A DNA stretch of 64,000 nt from positions 58,644-122,643 of IMG/VR virus record IMGVR_UViG_3300034061_002572; one strand, 5' to 3'. A program made the position numbers and the translations under genes. Under the pieces are notes generated by a model. The model searched no databases. It was not told where the DNA came from and worked only from the letters and a program-made list of their open reading frames with translations. Source of the DNA: a virus. Shown here in pieces: positions 1-9,756 of the stretch; positions within the stretch are counted from its first letter, which is position 1, and each line of letters begins with the position of its first letter.

Positions 1-2884
1 CTACATATTCTGGAACATCTTGTAATGAATCATAAAGATAAAAACCATTCTCCATTCTAAATCTGCGTAATTGATTAGGATCAGGTTTGTAGAATAATCT
101 ATAAAAACCATGAGAAATCAATTGCAATGCATACTGTCTAAATGGTAGGAATGCATATATTACATCTAATGTAAGACCAACACCTTCAGAAAAATAATAC
201 AACCATTGCTGTACACCACCAAGTACAGATAATGCTGGAGGAAGTTGTTGTGATCCTGTAAGCTCACTTTGATAAATTATTGCATTATAAGTAGCTCTTG
301 CAGTTAGCGAATCTTTATTATGTTTCTTAAATATATCTGCAACATCATTTTGTCCTGTTAGGGAATCTATAAAAAATTGACCAGTAGCAAAAGCACTTTG
401 CCAATCAATATTCCATGCAGTATTAGCATTTGCTACATCAATCCCTGCTTGGTTATTTGTATTATCAACATTGTTTGTAGTATTCAATGTACCAGATGTA
501 CCAGATGTTCCTGATACAGTTGCAGGATAAACTCCTGGAATTAATGTTCCTGGAGTCATTGTAAGACTTTGATCTTGTTCAATCTCATGTTGGCCTGTAT
601 AACCTCCTTGCGGATAGTTAATTTGTTTCTTACCACCAGTTGATAATAATGCATTTATAAGACCACCTATTATCATATAAAATAAAGCTCCGTCTGATAC
701 TAATTTATTTGTTGGATGTTTGTCAGGTTGAATAAATTTTGTAGCAGCAGTTCCTTTTAGATAACCATAAAGTTTTAATTCTGTAGTTGATAAGTTAGGA
801 TTTCTAAAACTTGTATCAGGTGATGTAAATGTAACTAACTCTAAAGGTATGTTTTGATTTAATACATTATCATTATTATCAACCTTCTTTATAAATGCAT
901 CATTATATAAGTAATTATGATCTCCAGGATTTGTCAATGTGTTTCCTGGAGGGATGATACAGTTGTATGGATGATTTGGATATAATCCTACTTTACCTTG
1001 ACCACCTGAACTTCCAAGAATATTATAGTCCTTAAGATTATTTATCATTCCTTTTGCAAGAATGCTTTTATTACCTTTTCTTGTACCTCTTAAAATTTCA
1101 TAACCTACAATATTAGTTAAATCTTTTCCTGCTTCATCTTTAGGAAGAATAATATTACTAAATCTTACTCCCATTATAATAATAGAATTTGTAATACCTA
1201 GATTAGTTTCGAAATGTGGAGATAACTCATTATCAGGAAACTTGTGATGTCTTATATATTGACCACATAGATCATAATAAAGTACAGGTTGTGTAAGATC
1301 TGGAAGCGGAACACCAGTCCAACAATTAGCAGATGAGTTCCAAACTTCTTCTTTATTGTCTGGATACTGTAATGAAGACTGCCAGTAAGCCATATCTCCA
1401 TATGCTCTAAATATACCACCGTCAGGTAATACTGTTCCTGGAGTTCCAGAAACACTTGCTGTATTAAATGTTTCAAATACCATAGTATCTCCTGGCAAAC
1501 TATCTCCATTAGTATAAGGAGCAGTTTCTAATAATGTTGTTGAAGTTCCAGGAATCTTAAAGTTTCTTGGTCCCCGTCCGGGAATATGATATGATGCAGA
1601 CTTATCTCCTGTATTGTAAACCCATCTAATAAAGAAACAGTAAACTTCATCTCTTAGATAACTAGTATTGGAACCACCCTTAATATAATAATCTTCGGGA
1701 TACTCTACAGCAACCCACTCTGTCTTAATTAAGTTTGCTAATGGTTGATAATTAAAATCAAACTTGGATGTTGGTCCTATTCTTAATAAATAGTTATTTA
1801 CATCTACCATTTGATCTGATCTCTCATAAACTGGATTCTGTTCTCTTAAAGATAAAGAAGTTACAGCAGGTAGAGTTTCTTGTATCTGATCAATAAATAT
1901 TTCAGTGAGTCTTGTTGAATAGTATCCAAATTGTTTTATAGATGTTTGTTCATCTATAATTCTAACAATTACAAGTTCAAACTCATCAAAGTTTTCTTGA
2001 TCCGCTTCTATTCTAACTAATAATGAGCCTTCTCTATCTCTTTCATTATATATAGGTTGGACATTACTTGGTGAATAATAATTAGTTACTCTATTGTTTT
2101 TAATACTATATGCTACTTGAGCATAGTAAGAACCATTTTGTAATGTTCCACTTCCTGCAGCAATTTCTAATGATACACAAGGTGTATGTACTATTCTAGC
2201 TAATAATAAAGCATTGCATTCTAATTTATTGTCATCTTCACAAATATTACAATTACCATTAGTTACAGTACATATTTGTTCCCATTGTACACCAGGCCAC
2301 AAGATTCTGTTACTTGAATTATCTATATACCAGTTAATGGTACTTGGAGAACCACTACCTTGCCAGGTATATACATTAGGATTTGGCCATAACTTTGGAT
2401 CTCCTATATTTAAATATTTATCCGGATTCAAACCATCTGCCCAATAGACTTGCCAAGAACAATCTTCTTTTAATCTAGATGCTCCAGATATAAGATTATA
2501 CTTATTAAATTTTAAACAATTTTTATCTTGAACTATAATTCTATATAAACAACTATCTTCATCAAATAATCCTATCTCTGACCAGAAAGGTCTATCTAAG
2601 GTATCATATGAAACAGTAAAGACAACCCATTTATCACTAAAAAGATGAATTATACCTATAATATGTTTACTCACTCCAGGAAGTAATTCACCAGCTTTAA
2701 TACATAATTGATTTGATGCCTCATTAGATAATGTAGATATGTCACCTTCAATAGTATTGTTAACTACATTTCGGGCATGTGTCCACATACCTTCATCTAT
2801 GAAACTTGCATCATAATCTTTGTTAAGTCCTTTGGTTAAAGAATTAAGTTTATTGTTATTTGATTCTTGTGTTTCCTTTGCCAT
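1..2884 (-). CDS. crAss-like tail stabilization/muzzle protein (3' end outside window)
   Basis: ATG at 2884 (MAKETQESNNNKLNSLTKGLNKDYDASFIDEGMWTHARN...). The frame appears open to the window edge, so it is absent from the ORF track. Motifs KGLNKD, VYWADGLNP.KYLNI and SYLRDEVYCFFIRWVY, and position next to ring-protein genes. Confidence 0.75.
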   Translation of the reverse strand, partial: MAKETQESNNNKLNSLTKGLNKDYDASFIDEGMWTHARNVVNNTIEGDISTLSNEASNQLCIKAGELLPGVSKHIIGIIHLFSDKWVVFTVSYDTLDRPFWSEIGLFDEDSCLYRIIVQDKNCLKFNKYNLISGASRLKEDCSWQVYWADGLNPDKYLNIGDPKLWPNPNVYTWQGSGSPSTINWYIDNSSNRILWPGVQWEQICTVTNGNCNICEDDNKLECNALLLARIVHTPCVSLEIAAGSGTLQNGSYYAQVAYSIKNNRVTNYYSPSNVQPIYNERDREGSLLVRIEADQENFDEFELVIVRIIDEQTSIKQFGYYSTRLTEIFIDQIQETLPAVTSLSLREQNPVYERSDQMVDVNNYLLRIGPTSKFDFNYQPLANLIKTEWVAVEYPEDYYIKGGSNTSYLRDEVYCFFIRWVYNTGDKSASYHIPGRGPRNFKIPGTSTTLLETAPYTNGDSLPGDTMVFETFNTASVSGTPGTVLPDGGIFRAYGDMAYWQSSLQYPDNKEEVWNSSANCWTGVPLPDLTQPVLYYDLCGQYIRHHKFPDNELSPHFETNLGITNSIIIMGVRFSNIILPKDEAGKDLTNIVGYEILRGTRKGNKSILAKGMINNLKDYNILGSSGGQGKVGLYPNHPYNCIIPPGNTLTNPGDHNYLYNDAFIKKVDNNDNVLNQNIPLELVTFTSPDTSFRNPNLSTTELKLYGYLKGTAATKFIQPDKHPTNKLVSDGALFYMIIGGLINALLSTGGKKQINYPQGGYTGQHEIEQDQSLTMTPGTLIPGVYPATVSGTSGTSGTLNTTNNVDNTNNQAGIDVANANTAWNIDWQSAFATGQFFIDSLTGQNDVADIFKKHNKDSLTARATYNAIIYQSELTGSQQLPPALSVLGGVQQWLYYFSEGVGLTLDVIYAFLPFRQYALQLISHGFYRLFYKPDPNQLRRFRMENGFYLYDSLQDVPEYV

Positions 2885-2886
2885 AA

Positions 2887-3930
2887 CTATACAATTCTAT
2901 TACTTACCGCTCTTCTATAATATTGATTGTTAGGTAAATGAGATTTAAACATATCATAGTATTTTGCATACTGTGATTTTCTATTAGTCCACCAGAGTTT
3001 CTCCATTTCTTTGAAATTAGGTGTATTAACTAAACTTAATGCATTGTTTCTTGCTGCTTTGTATTCAGGAACAATAATCTGTAATCTCTGCGCTACATCT
3101 TCACCATTTAAGGCAAGGTTTTCAATTATTCTTTTCTTTAAAGCATACTCATAGTATTCATTAAGTAATGCATGATCAGGAACAAGTAATTGTCCTTGTT
3201 CATCTTCTAATTCTCCTTGATAGTTTAAATAAACTTTACCTGTTTCAAATGTTGTAAATAAATAGCCTCCTTTTATCCATCCTTCATTATAAGTATTGTA
3301 ATATAGATTAGGACATTCGCATTCTATATTCTGACTTGATTTCATTCTTAAAGGAAGTAAAGTTTTATAGATTCTAGTAAGTCCTGGGTTAATTACTTGG
3401 ACAAGTTCATACTTTTCTCCTTTACAATTCATAAATACTCTTGGAGGAATACATGTGTCACCATATGGATTATTAGGATCATATGATGTAGGTATAGGAT
3501 CTACTATAGGATGATTAAGATCGCAAGCTGCAGTTTTATTACATGGATTAGAATTACATGTTCTACAATTAACTGTAATAGGAGCACAAGTATCTACTGT
3601 ACTTGGAAATTCCTTATATGGAATTTCTTGTATATTTGTTCCTCCTTGCATTCCTCCATATCCAACTCTTTCTTCAAACTCTCCACAAATCATTCCGTAA
3701 TTCCATACATAAAAATCATCTGGTAATTTTACTTTATTATGACATACTTCAACAATAACTTCTTTGGTTTGATTTAATCTAAGACCCAACTCATAGTTTA
3801 GTTTTCTTACCAACTTAATAAGTTGTTGAGGCTCTATCATATTTTCTAGAGCAAATGTATTTAAGTCAATAGTAACATCTTCCAGCAACTGGTCAAAGGT
3901 TCTGTATTTAAGAGTATAATTAAAATCCAT
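2887..3930 (-). CDS. Tail tubular/ring protein
   Basis: 347 aa; KVKLPDDF and GKVYLNYQG..EDEQGQLLVPD motifs typical of crAss-like ring proteins; next to the muzzle gene. Confidence 0.6.
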   Translation of the reverse strand: MDFNYTLKYRTFDQLLEDVTIDLNTFALENMIEPQQLIKLVRKLNYELGLRLNQTKEVIVEVCHNKVKLPDDFYVWNYGMICGEFEERVGYGGMQGGTNIQEIPYKEFPSTVDTCAPITVNCRTCNSNPCNKTAACDLNHPIVDPIPTSYDPNNPYGDTCIPPRVFMNCKGEKYELVQVINPGLTRIYKTLLPLRMKSSQNIECECPNLYYNTYNEGWIKGGYLFTTFETGKVYLNYQGELEDEQGQLLVPDHALLNEYYEYALKKRIIENLALNGEDVAQRLQIIVPEYKAARNNALSLVNTPNFKEMEKLWWTNRKSQYAKYYDMFKSHLPNNQYYRRAVSNRIV

Positions 3931-4592
3931 TATCTTAAGTTATTTTGGCTATCATCTGCACCATCAGATGGTATATTGATTGCCATGGTTAATTCTTTAA
4001 CAACAAATTGTTCAACTTCAGAAAACAAATATTCAGGAATATTTAATGGTTGATCTTGTTGAATTTGACAAGGATCCGTATCACAGTTTTCAGTATTGTT
4101 TTCAAATATTGCTTCTATTCTTACGGCATCCCAATCAATATTTGGAGCATACAAGTATCCATTAAGATACCAGAAGTAAGGTCTTTTATTATATTTAAAA
4201 GTTGTTGACTTACTAATAGATATCCAAGTTCCCGGATCTGTTCTAAACATTTCAATAGAACCATCTATTGAAGATACAGTACGAATAATAGGTCCAAACA
4301 TTCCATTTAAAATACTAGGAAGTTTATCCTTTGATCTTTTAAAATAACATTCTGAATATACACCTACACAACCGGCTTCTATTTTATCAACATCAATAAG
4401 TTCTACGTATGGTAAAACTTGAAAGATTTGACTCATCTTCATTAGTCTAAACTGATTGTCTTCTCTTTTAATTAATGTTTGAGAATACTTCATCAAGGAA
4501 AAGTAAATAGTCCGGTCTGTTAAAAACGGATCTTCCTTTACAGCTTTTAAAGTATTCCTCACTCTTGATATTGCTTCACCTATTGTTGTCAT
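3930..4592 (-). CDS. Putative tail ring protein
   Basis: 220 aa; YFWYLNGYLY...VRIEAIFEN...DQPLNIPEYL pattern; synteny. Confidence 0.55.
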   Translation of the reverse strand: MTTIGEAISRVRNTLKAVKEDPFLTDRTIYFSLMKYSQTLIKREDNQFRLMKMSQIFQVLPYVELIDVDKIEAGCVGVYSECYFKRSKDKLPSILNGMFGPIIRTVSSIDGSIEMFRTDPGTWISISKSTTFKYNKRPYFWYLNGYLYAPNIDWDAVRIEAIFENNTENCDTDPCQIQQDQPLNIPEYLFSEVEQFVVKELTMAINIPSDGADDSQNNLR

Positions 4593-5170
4593 AAGTCAAA
4601 TTCATTATATGTAGTCAAAGACTTTTTAGTCTCATACTCAGCTCTATTTTTATAGTAACCTTTACTATATGTTGTATTTAATTTTTTTGTAGAATCTATA
4701 GCAACATACATATTCCAATTTTCTGCATATGACTTTGCTACACTTCTTTTAAATTCTCTGCATGCTACAAAACTCCAAAATTCTCTATTCTTTATTTTGT
4801 GTTTTGGAGCAAAATTGGTAAAAAAGATTTTGGCCAGTTTACCATCTGTGTCAAAATTATTATTAGTAACAGTTACTCCATACTTTAGTGACTTTGCAAA
4901 ATCAACATTTCTTTTTTTACTTTGCTCGCAACTTCCTATAAATAACCAACCTATTTGATCAGGTAATTGAATCCCATCTCTGTTGTCAATTACATTCTGA
5001 TACACTGCTGTATTAAAGGTTTTTATAATAGTCTTTATCACAGCTTTATCCAGGTTTTTATATTCTGGATAACTTAATTTAAATTTATCAAAGAACTCTT
5101 GATTTAAAATACTGTGTACTTCAGGCCTAAATCTAGGTGCTTTTACGTCTGGTTTTTTAAATTCCTTCAT
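4589..5170 (-). CDS. IHF/HU-like protein of the crAss-like tail module
   Basis: 193 aa basic protein; helical N-terminus then GIQLPDQIGWLFI and WSFVACREFKR; synteny. Confidence 0.45.
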   Translation of the reverse strand: MKEFKKPDVKAPRFRPEVHSILNQEFFDKFKLSYPEYKNLDKAVIKTIIKTFNTAVYQNVIDNRDGIQLPDQIGWLFIGSCEQSKKRNVDFAKSLKYGVTVTNNNFDTDGKLAKIFFTNFAPKHKIKNREFWSFVACREFKRSVAKSYAENWNMYVAIDSTKKLNTTYSKGYYKNRAEYETKKSLTTYNEFDL

Positions 5171-5172
5171 AT

Positions 5173-5207
5173 TAATATACTAAAAATAAATGACTTTAAC
5201 AAATGTA
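5173..5207 (-). promoter_or_regulatory. Tandem promoters: late-type TTTTAGTATATTA and host-type TACATTTG
   Basis: Recurrent phage motif at 5173-5185; Bacteroidota TAnnTTTG box at 5200-5207. Confidence 0.5.
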
Positions 5208-5210
5208 AGT

Positions 5211-5243
5211 AAAAAACAAAACCCCCACAAGTGTGAGGGCTTT
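5211..5243 (-). terminator. Intrinsic terminator
   Basis: GC-rich hairpin followed by a U-tract on the minus strand. Confidence 0.7.
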
Positions 5244-5296
5244 GCTGTTGTTGTCACAGAAACCAACAAACCTGCAACATTTTTTTGTATTTTAAT

Positions 5297-5881
5297 TTAA
5301 GCTGGAACTTCATAAAGCTTTCCCCATGTTTCAATTGAAGCTATAACAAGTGTATTACCTGTACAGTCAATAACAATACCTTTGTCTAGTATTCTATCTA
5401 ATATTTCTGCTTTAGATGAAGGATCAACAGTTTGTAAATTAAATGCAGATGAAATACAGTCAGCAAGTATACACAAATAAGAAGAACCACTTCCATCTAA
5501 ACCAATAGCACCTGTTTCAACAATACCTTTATCTAGTAGATTATTAATCTGTGCTCCACTAAGATTTAATTCTGAAATCATTTGTGCATAGCAATTTTCA
5601 AAACTAGGATTGTCACATGGATCAGGATAAGCTGGTCGTCCTTCTTGGGTTTCAGTAAACTTTAAATACGTTTCTATAGATGCTTTAATATTATAACAAC
5701 ACTCAAGTTCATAACTGATTATTTCTGCATATTTATTAAATGTTTCAACTGAGGCCAAAACATACCGGCCACATGGAGGACAACAAAAATTATCAGGTAT
5801 AGAACTAACTGAACCTTCATCTAATATTACATCAACAATAGCTGCTACAGAATTAGAAGGACTGGTATGAAATACAGGCAT
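5297..5881 (-). CDS. Cys-rich hypothetical virion protein with internal duplication
   Basis: 194 aa; LLDKGIV/ILDKGIV and VLASVETF/VIASIETW repeats. Confidence 0.6.
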   Translation of the reverse strand: MPVFHTSPSNSVAAIVDVILDEGSVSSIPDNFCCPPCGRYVLASVETFNKYAEIISYELECCYNIKASIETYLKFTETQEGRPAYPDPCDNPSFENCYAQMISELNLSGAQINNLLDKGIVETGAIGLDGSGSSYLCILADCISSAFNLQTVDPSSKAEILDRILDKGIVIDCTGNTLVIASIETWGKLYEVPA

Positions 5882-5913
5882 ATTTTATAGTTTTAATTAT
5901 TATCATTATTATA

Positions 5914-6684
5914 TTAGGCTGGTACTTCGCATCCATCATTTACCACAAATGATGTAAATGGTGACTGTAAAGATGAGTATGTACCTGCTGGACAACCGAT
6001 AGGTCCTGATAGGACAGCTTTAGCATTAGAAGAATTACCTAACTCAAGACTTAAATACCACTTGCTTTGAACATCATTATACCACAAATAGTATGTGTCA
6101 CCGTCAACTTCTATTTCATAACTGAAAGTTGAATTGAATAAACCTGTAGGATCATATTGTTCAGGATCTGCCTCAGGAGTAGAGTTAATAGATATACAAT
6201 AACAACTTGCATTACAAGATCCTTCAATAGCTATGTTAAATAGATACTGAATAGGATTAACACCACAACCAGTACATGGTATACAATATTTAGGTTCACT
6301 ACAATCTGTAGTTACTCCACAGGGACTTTCAAATTTTTCTGCATCCTCACATTCTGCTAGTGTAGCAAATTCTCCACTTGTGTTATCTAATTGAACACAG
6401 TCACAACCTTCTGCTTTCCAACTTATTGATGGAGGAGGAGGAGGGGTTTGACAAAAATAATTAATCAATTGATTTAGTGCATCTGACATGTTTGTATTTG
6501 TATCTACTATAACATCGTCTCCACATACTATAGGATCACCTGTATATACTACACATTGTGCATCAAATACTTCTGAACATGGTTCCGGTGTAATGCATCC
6601 TTCTGGTGTAGGACACGGTGCCGGAGTTGTAAGAGCTTTGTCTTCACATCCACAATTTTTACATTTATTTTTTATTGTTGCCAT
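5914..6684 (-). CDS. Cys-rich putative tail-associated protein
   Basis: 256 aa; FDAQCVVYTGDPIVC resembles the N-terminal domain of 6695 and 9265. Confidence 0.6.
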   Translation of the reverse strand: MATIKNKCKNCGCEDKALTTPAPCPTPEGCITPEPCSEVFDAQCVVYTGDPIVCGDDVIVDTNTNMSDALNQLINYFCQTPPPPPSISWKAEGCDCVQLDNTSGEFATLAECEDAEKFESPCGVTTDCSEPKYCIPCTGCGVNPIQYLFNIAIEGSCNASCYCISINSTPEADPEQYDPTGLFNSTFSYEIEVDGDTYYLWYNDVQSKWYLSLELGNSSNAKAVLSGPIGCPAGTYSSLQSPFTSFVVNDGCEVPA

Positions 6685-6694
6685 TATAAATATT

Positions 6695-8404
6695 TTAAGG
6701 AGCTACACATGGATTAGGTGTTGGTATGACTGCGGCACATGGATTAATAAATGCTCTCATACCATCTAGTCTAATTATAAATCCTCCCATTTGATCAGCT
6801 CTACCACAGTTTTGACTAAATGCCCAAGTATCTGCTACAGCAGTAATCTCAGGAGAATATGTTCCTGCTGAAGCTGCATTATAATTTGAAGGTGCTACTG
6901 GTGTAAATGTTGGAACATTTTCTCCGGCAATCGGATTACTTATCAAGTGTCTACCAATTCCACTATATTCCCAACCAGAAATATTAGATGTATAAGACTC
7001 ATCAAAAATAGGACCTTCCCAAGATAAAACACCTGTACTTGAAATTGATAGATTTCCTAGTGTGTGAAGAACTGCATTCTTATTACCAGTTGTTCTTACT
7101 GTTCTAAAAGCAATTATTCTTGTACCTCCACCAACTGTATATGCACCATCAAAAGTTTGTGCTGGAGCAAGGATACCTGTTGGAATAACTGAGTTACCTA
7201 AATTAAAATTAAAACCGATACCCACATTTCCAGGAGCCCATGCAGCACCGTTGTATGTAATTATTTCACAAGAATCATCGTCATTGAAAGATTGAACTGT
7301 ATTAAATGTATTACCATATTGTAATGGAATATAATCATCTGAATCTGTTGACATATTTATATTACCACCTCCTCCAGAATTTGCATTACCCATTGGAACA
7401 ACAGCATATCCTCTAAAATGAACTTCATTTCCAATTCTTCTACACTGTGGTCTATTAGGATTAGCATTCATAAATTTAAAACCAATTAAATTAATCCATC
7501 CTGTATCTTGAACTGTAGCTGTTAAAGTTCCTGAAGTATATGTTAAATTTACAGTGGTTGTGTCTGCAACTGTAATTCCTATATCTAAATTATCTACATA
7601 GTTAAACATATCACATAATACAACCCATATATTATTTATCGCATCTGCAACTGAATTGTAATTAGCATCTTTTATCCAATCGGGATTTGTACCATATGAT
7701 GTTCCTGTTGATAATTGCAGTGTTCCATCTGAAATACACTTTTGAGCTACAGCAGCTAATAATTCAGTTGTTGTACCAGTTGCTACATAAAATGGGCACC
7801 ACACAGTGTTTAAGAATGTACTTACTAAAGTATCAACAGATACTTGAGTTCCAATACCATACGGACCTATTTGACATGTTAAAGTAATTTTAGGTAATTC
7901 ATAAACCGGTAAATCATTAATTTGTTCTTGTAAGTCATTTGTTATATTAACAAGATTTGCTATAGAAACATCTATAAGTTGAATTTCAGAAATTATATTA
8001 CAAATTTTACTAGCAATCATCTGTACATAATCTAATAATTGCATAGTAGTTTGAGTACCTTGTACAAAGCATGGAGCCACAGATACAACACAATCAGGGC
8101 ATCCTGCAGAACCTCCTGTACCAGGGTCAATTTCATTTTGCTCACATATTTTATTAATTAGTAAGTCCATAAGAGCTTTAAAATCTTCAGGAGGATTGTC
8201 TCCTATAGATAAACAAGCAAGATCATAATTACTAACATTTGTTTGATCTAATAGATCACATAGTTCTTGAGCTAATTTTGCAATTATTTCAGAAACAGAA
8301 TCACCAGCACAAAGTTTTATACATGGAATATCTGGTCCCTGCCAAATTACACAATTGCTTGATATTGGACTACATGTTTTATTATCTATGTTTAGTGGTT
8401 TCAT
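6695..8404 (-). CDS. Putative tail fibre/spike with Cys-rich N-terminal adaptor
   Basis: 569 aa; Cys-rich N-domain, coiled coil, DTGWINL...PQCRRIGNEVHFRG fibre-tip-like motif. Confidence 0.6.
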   Translation of the reverse strand: MKPLNIDNKTCSPISSNCVIWQGPDIPCIKLCAGDSVSEIIAKLAQELCDLLDQTNVSNYDLACLSIGDNPPEDFKALMDLLINKICEQNEIDPGTGGSAGCPDCVVSVAPCFVQGTQTTMQLLDYVQMIASKICNIISEIQLIDVSIANLVNITNDLQEQINDLPVYELPKITLTCQIGPYGIGTQVSVDTLVSTFLNTVWCPFYVATGTTTELLAAVAQKCISDGTLQLSTGTSYGTNPDWIKDANYNSVADAINNIWVVLCDMFNYVDNLDIGITVADTTTVNLTYTSGTLTATVQDTGWINLIGFKFMNANPNRPQCRRIGNEVHFRGYAVVPMGNANSGGGGNINMSTDSDDYIPLQYGNTFNTVQSFNDDDSCEIITYNGAAWAPGNVGIGFNFNLGNSVIPTGILAPAQTFDGAYTVGGGTRIIAFRTVRTTGNKNAVLHTLGNLSISSTGVLSWEGPIFDESYTSNISGWEYSGIGRHLISNPIAGENVPTFTPVAPSNYNAASAGTYSPEITAVADTWAFSQNCGRADQMGGFIIRLDGMRAFINPCAAVIPTPNPCVAP

Positions 8405-8417
8405 ATGTTCTATTATA

Positions 8418-8431
8418 TAATATACTAAAAA
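8418..8431 (-). promoter_or_regulatory. Late-type promoter motif TTTTTAGTATATTA
   Basis: Recurrent motif just upstream of the start at 8404. Confidence 0.5.
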
Positions 8432-8451
8432 TATTTAAGAATTGCAACATA

Positions 8452-9255
8452 TCAGCAAGAAAGTACAATACCTAATGTGTTTAAAGCAGATACAACTTGT
8501 GCCATATAGTATGCTGGAGTTGATCCAGCTGTTACATCTAGCTGATAAGTAAAGTTAGTACCGACATAATCACTAACATTAAATGGTGGTGTATATACTC
8601 CGGTATCAACAAATGTTGCTTCTGTTAATCCTCTAAATCCAGGATATGAACCAGGACCTGTATTAACTCTAAATGCACAACTTTTTAATGTATACGTAAA
8701 AGATGCAAGATTTGCTCTTAATGTAGAAATATCAGCATCGTATTCTGGAGTTTTAATTGCATTATTAAATGGTTGACCAATACCACCATAACCATATTCA
8801 TTTGATTCATCAGCAAAAGTTAAATTAATAACTTGATTTACAGTTGTATCAACTGTTCTATTAAAGTTTCTTTCTGTAGCAAAACATCTTACAAATCTTT
8901 CATTATAATCCCAAGATGGAGCATTAGACATATTTAAAACTTTTACTCTTTCATTATAAAGTACAGGATCATTATTGTAAATAGGTAATAAACATGTTTG
9001 AAGTAATGTAGATCGCATAGTTTGTAATGGTGGTAATGTAGAATTCATTGATCCAGAGTTATCAAACCAAATGTTAATTTCTGTATTGCTTGATATAATA
9101 TTACATATTACTTGACACCACTGACTTCCATCCCAATATCGTACTGCACAATCATGAGGGTTCAGTAATTGCCAACCTGAAGGAGTTTTTATATTAACAT
9201 TACAGTCACATATATCTACCCAGTTTGCACCATTAAAAATTTGATACCTACTCAT
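8452..9255 (-). CDS. Putative tail protein with vWA-like domain
   Basis: 267 aa; INIWFDNSGSM MIDAS-like DxSxS motif. Confidence 0.45.
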   Translation of the reverse strand: MSRYQIFNGANWVDICDCNVNIKTPSGWQLLNPHDCAVRYWDGSQWCQVICNIISSNTEINIWFDNSGSMNSTLPPLQTMRSTLLQTCLLPIYNNDPVLYNERVKVLNMSNAPSWDYNERFVRCFATERNFNRTVDTTVNQVINLTFADESNEYGYGGIGQPFNNAIKTPEYDADISTLRANLASFTYTLKSCAFRVNTGPGSYPGFRGLTEATFVDTGVYTPPFNVSDYVGTNFTYQLDVTAGSTPAYYMAQVVSALNTLGIVLSC

Positions 9256-9264
9256 ATAATAATT

Positions 9265-9753
9265 TTATGCAGGAGGACATGATTCAATCCAAATATCACC
9301 AGCTTTAATTTGATTGTTTCCTGAAATATAGTTTACACCAAAACCTTGAACTGTTCCGTATAAAGTATTAAAGTCAGTAAGTGTTGGCTCAGTTGATTGT
9401 ACAAATACAGCCACACCTCTTCCAGAATAACCATTTGTTCCGTTTGTACCTGGAGTTCCCGTTACTCCTGGTGGTCCTTCTATTACTTGAATTGAACATA
9501 TTTTATTAATAAGTAATTGTATTAGCTCTTGTGTGTTAGCTGGAACGCGACCTGTAGTAAGACATGTAAGATCATATGAACCAGGATCTAAAGAATCTAA
9601 TAGATTACATAATTCTGTTGCTAATGCAGCTACTACATCAGATATTGTATCCCCATTGCATAACTTAATACAAGGTATGTCAGGACCTTGCCATACTATA
9701 CAGTTTGAAGATATTGGAGAACAAGGTTTAGTGTCTAAATTTAAAGGTTTCAT
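9265..9753 (-). CDS. Short collagen-like fibre; N-terminus paralogous to 6695
   Basis: MKPLNLDTKPCSPISSNC N-terminus; GPPGVTGTPGTNGTNG Gly-X-Y repeats. Confidence 0.65.
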   Translation of the reverse strand: MKPLNLDTKPCSPISSNCIVWQGPDIPCIKLCNGDTISDVVAALATELCNLLDSLDPGSYDLTCLTTGRVPANTQELIQLLINKICSIQVIEGPPGVTGTPGTNGTNGYSGRGVAVFVQSTEPTLTDFNTLYGTVQGFGVNYISGNNQIKAGDIWIESCPPA

Positions 9754-9756
9754 ATT

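Noticed and set aside
1252-2447. Track ORFs 1252-1509 and 2214-2447
   Set aside because: Both lie within the long minus-strand muzzle ORF (1-2884); shadow or out-of-frame ORFs
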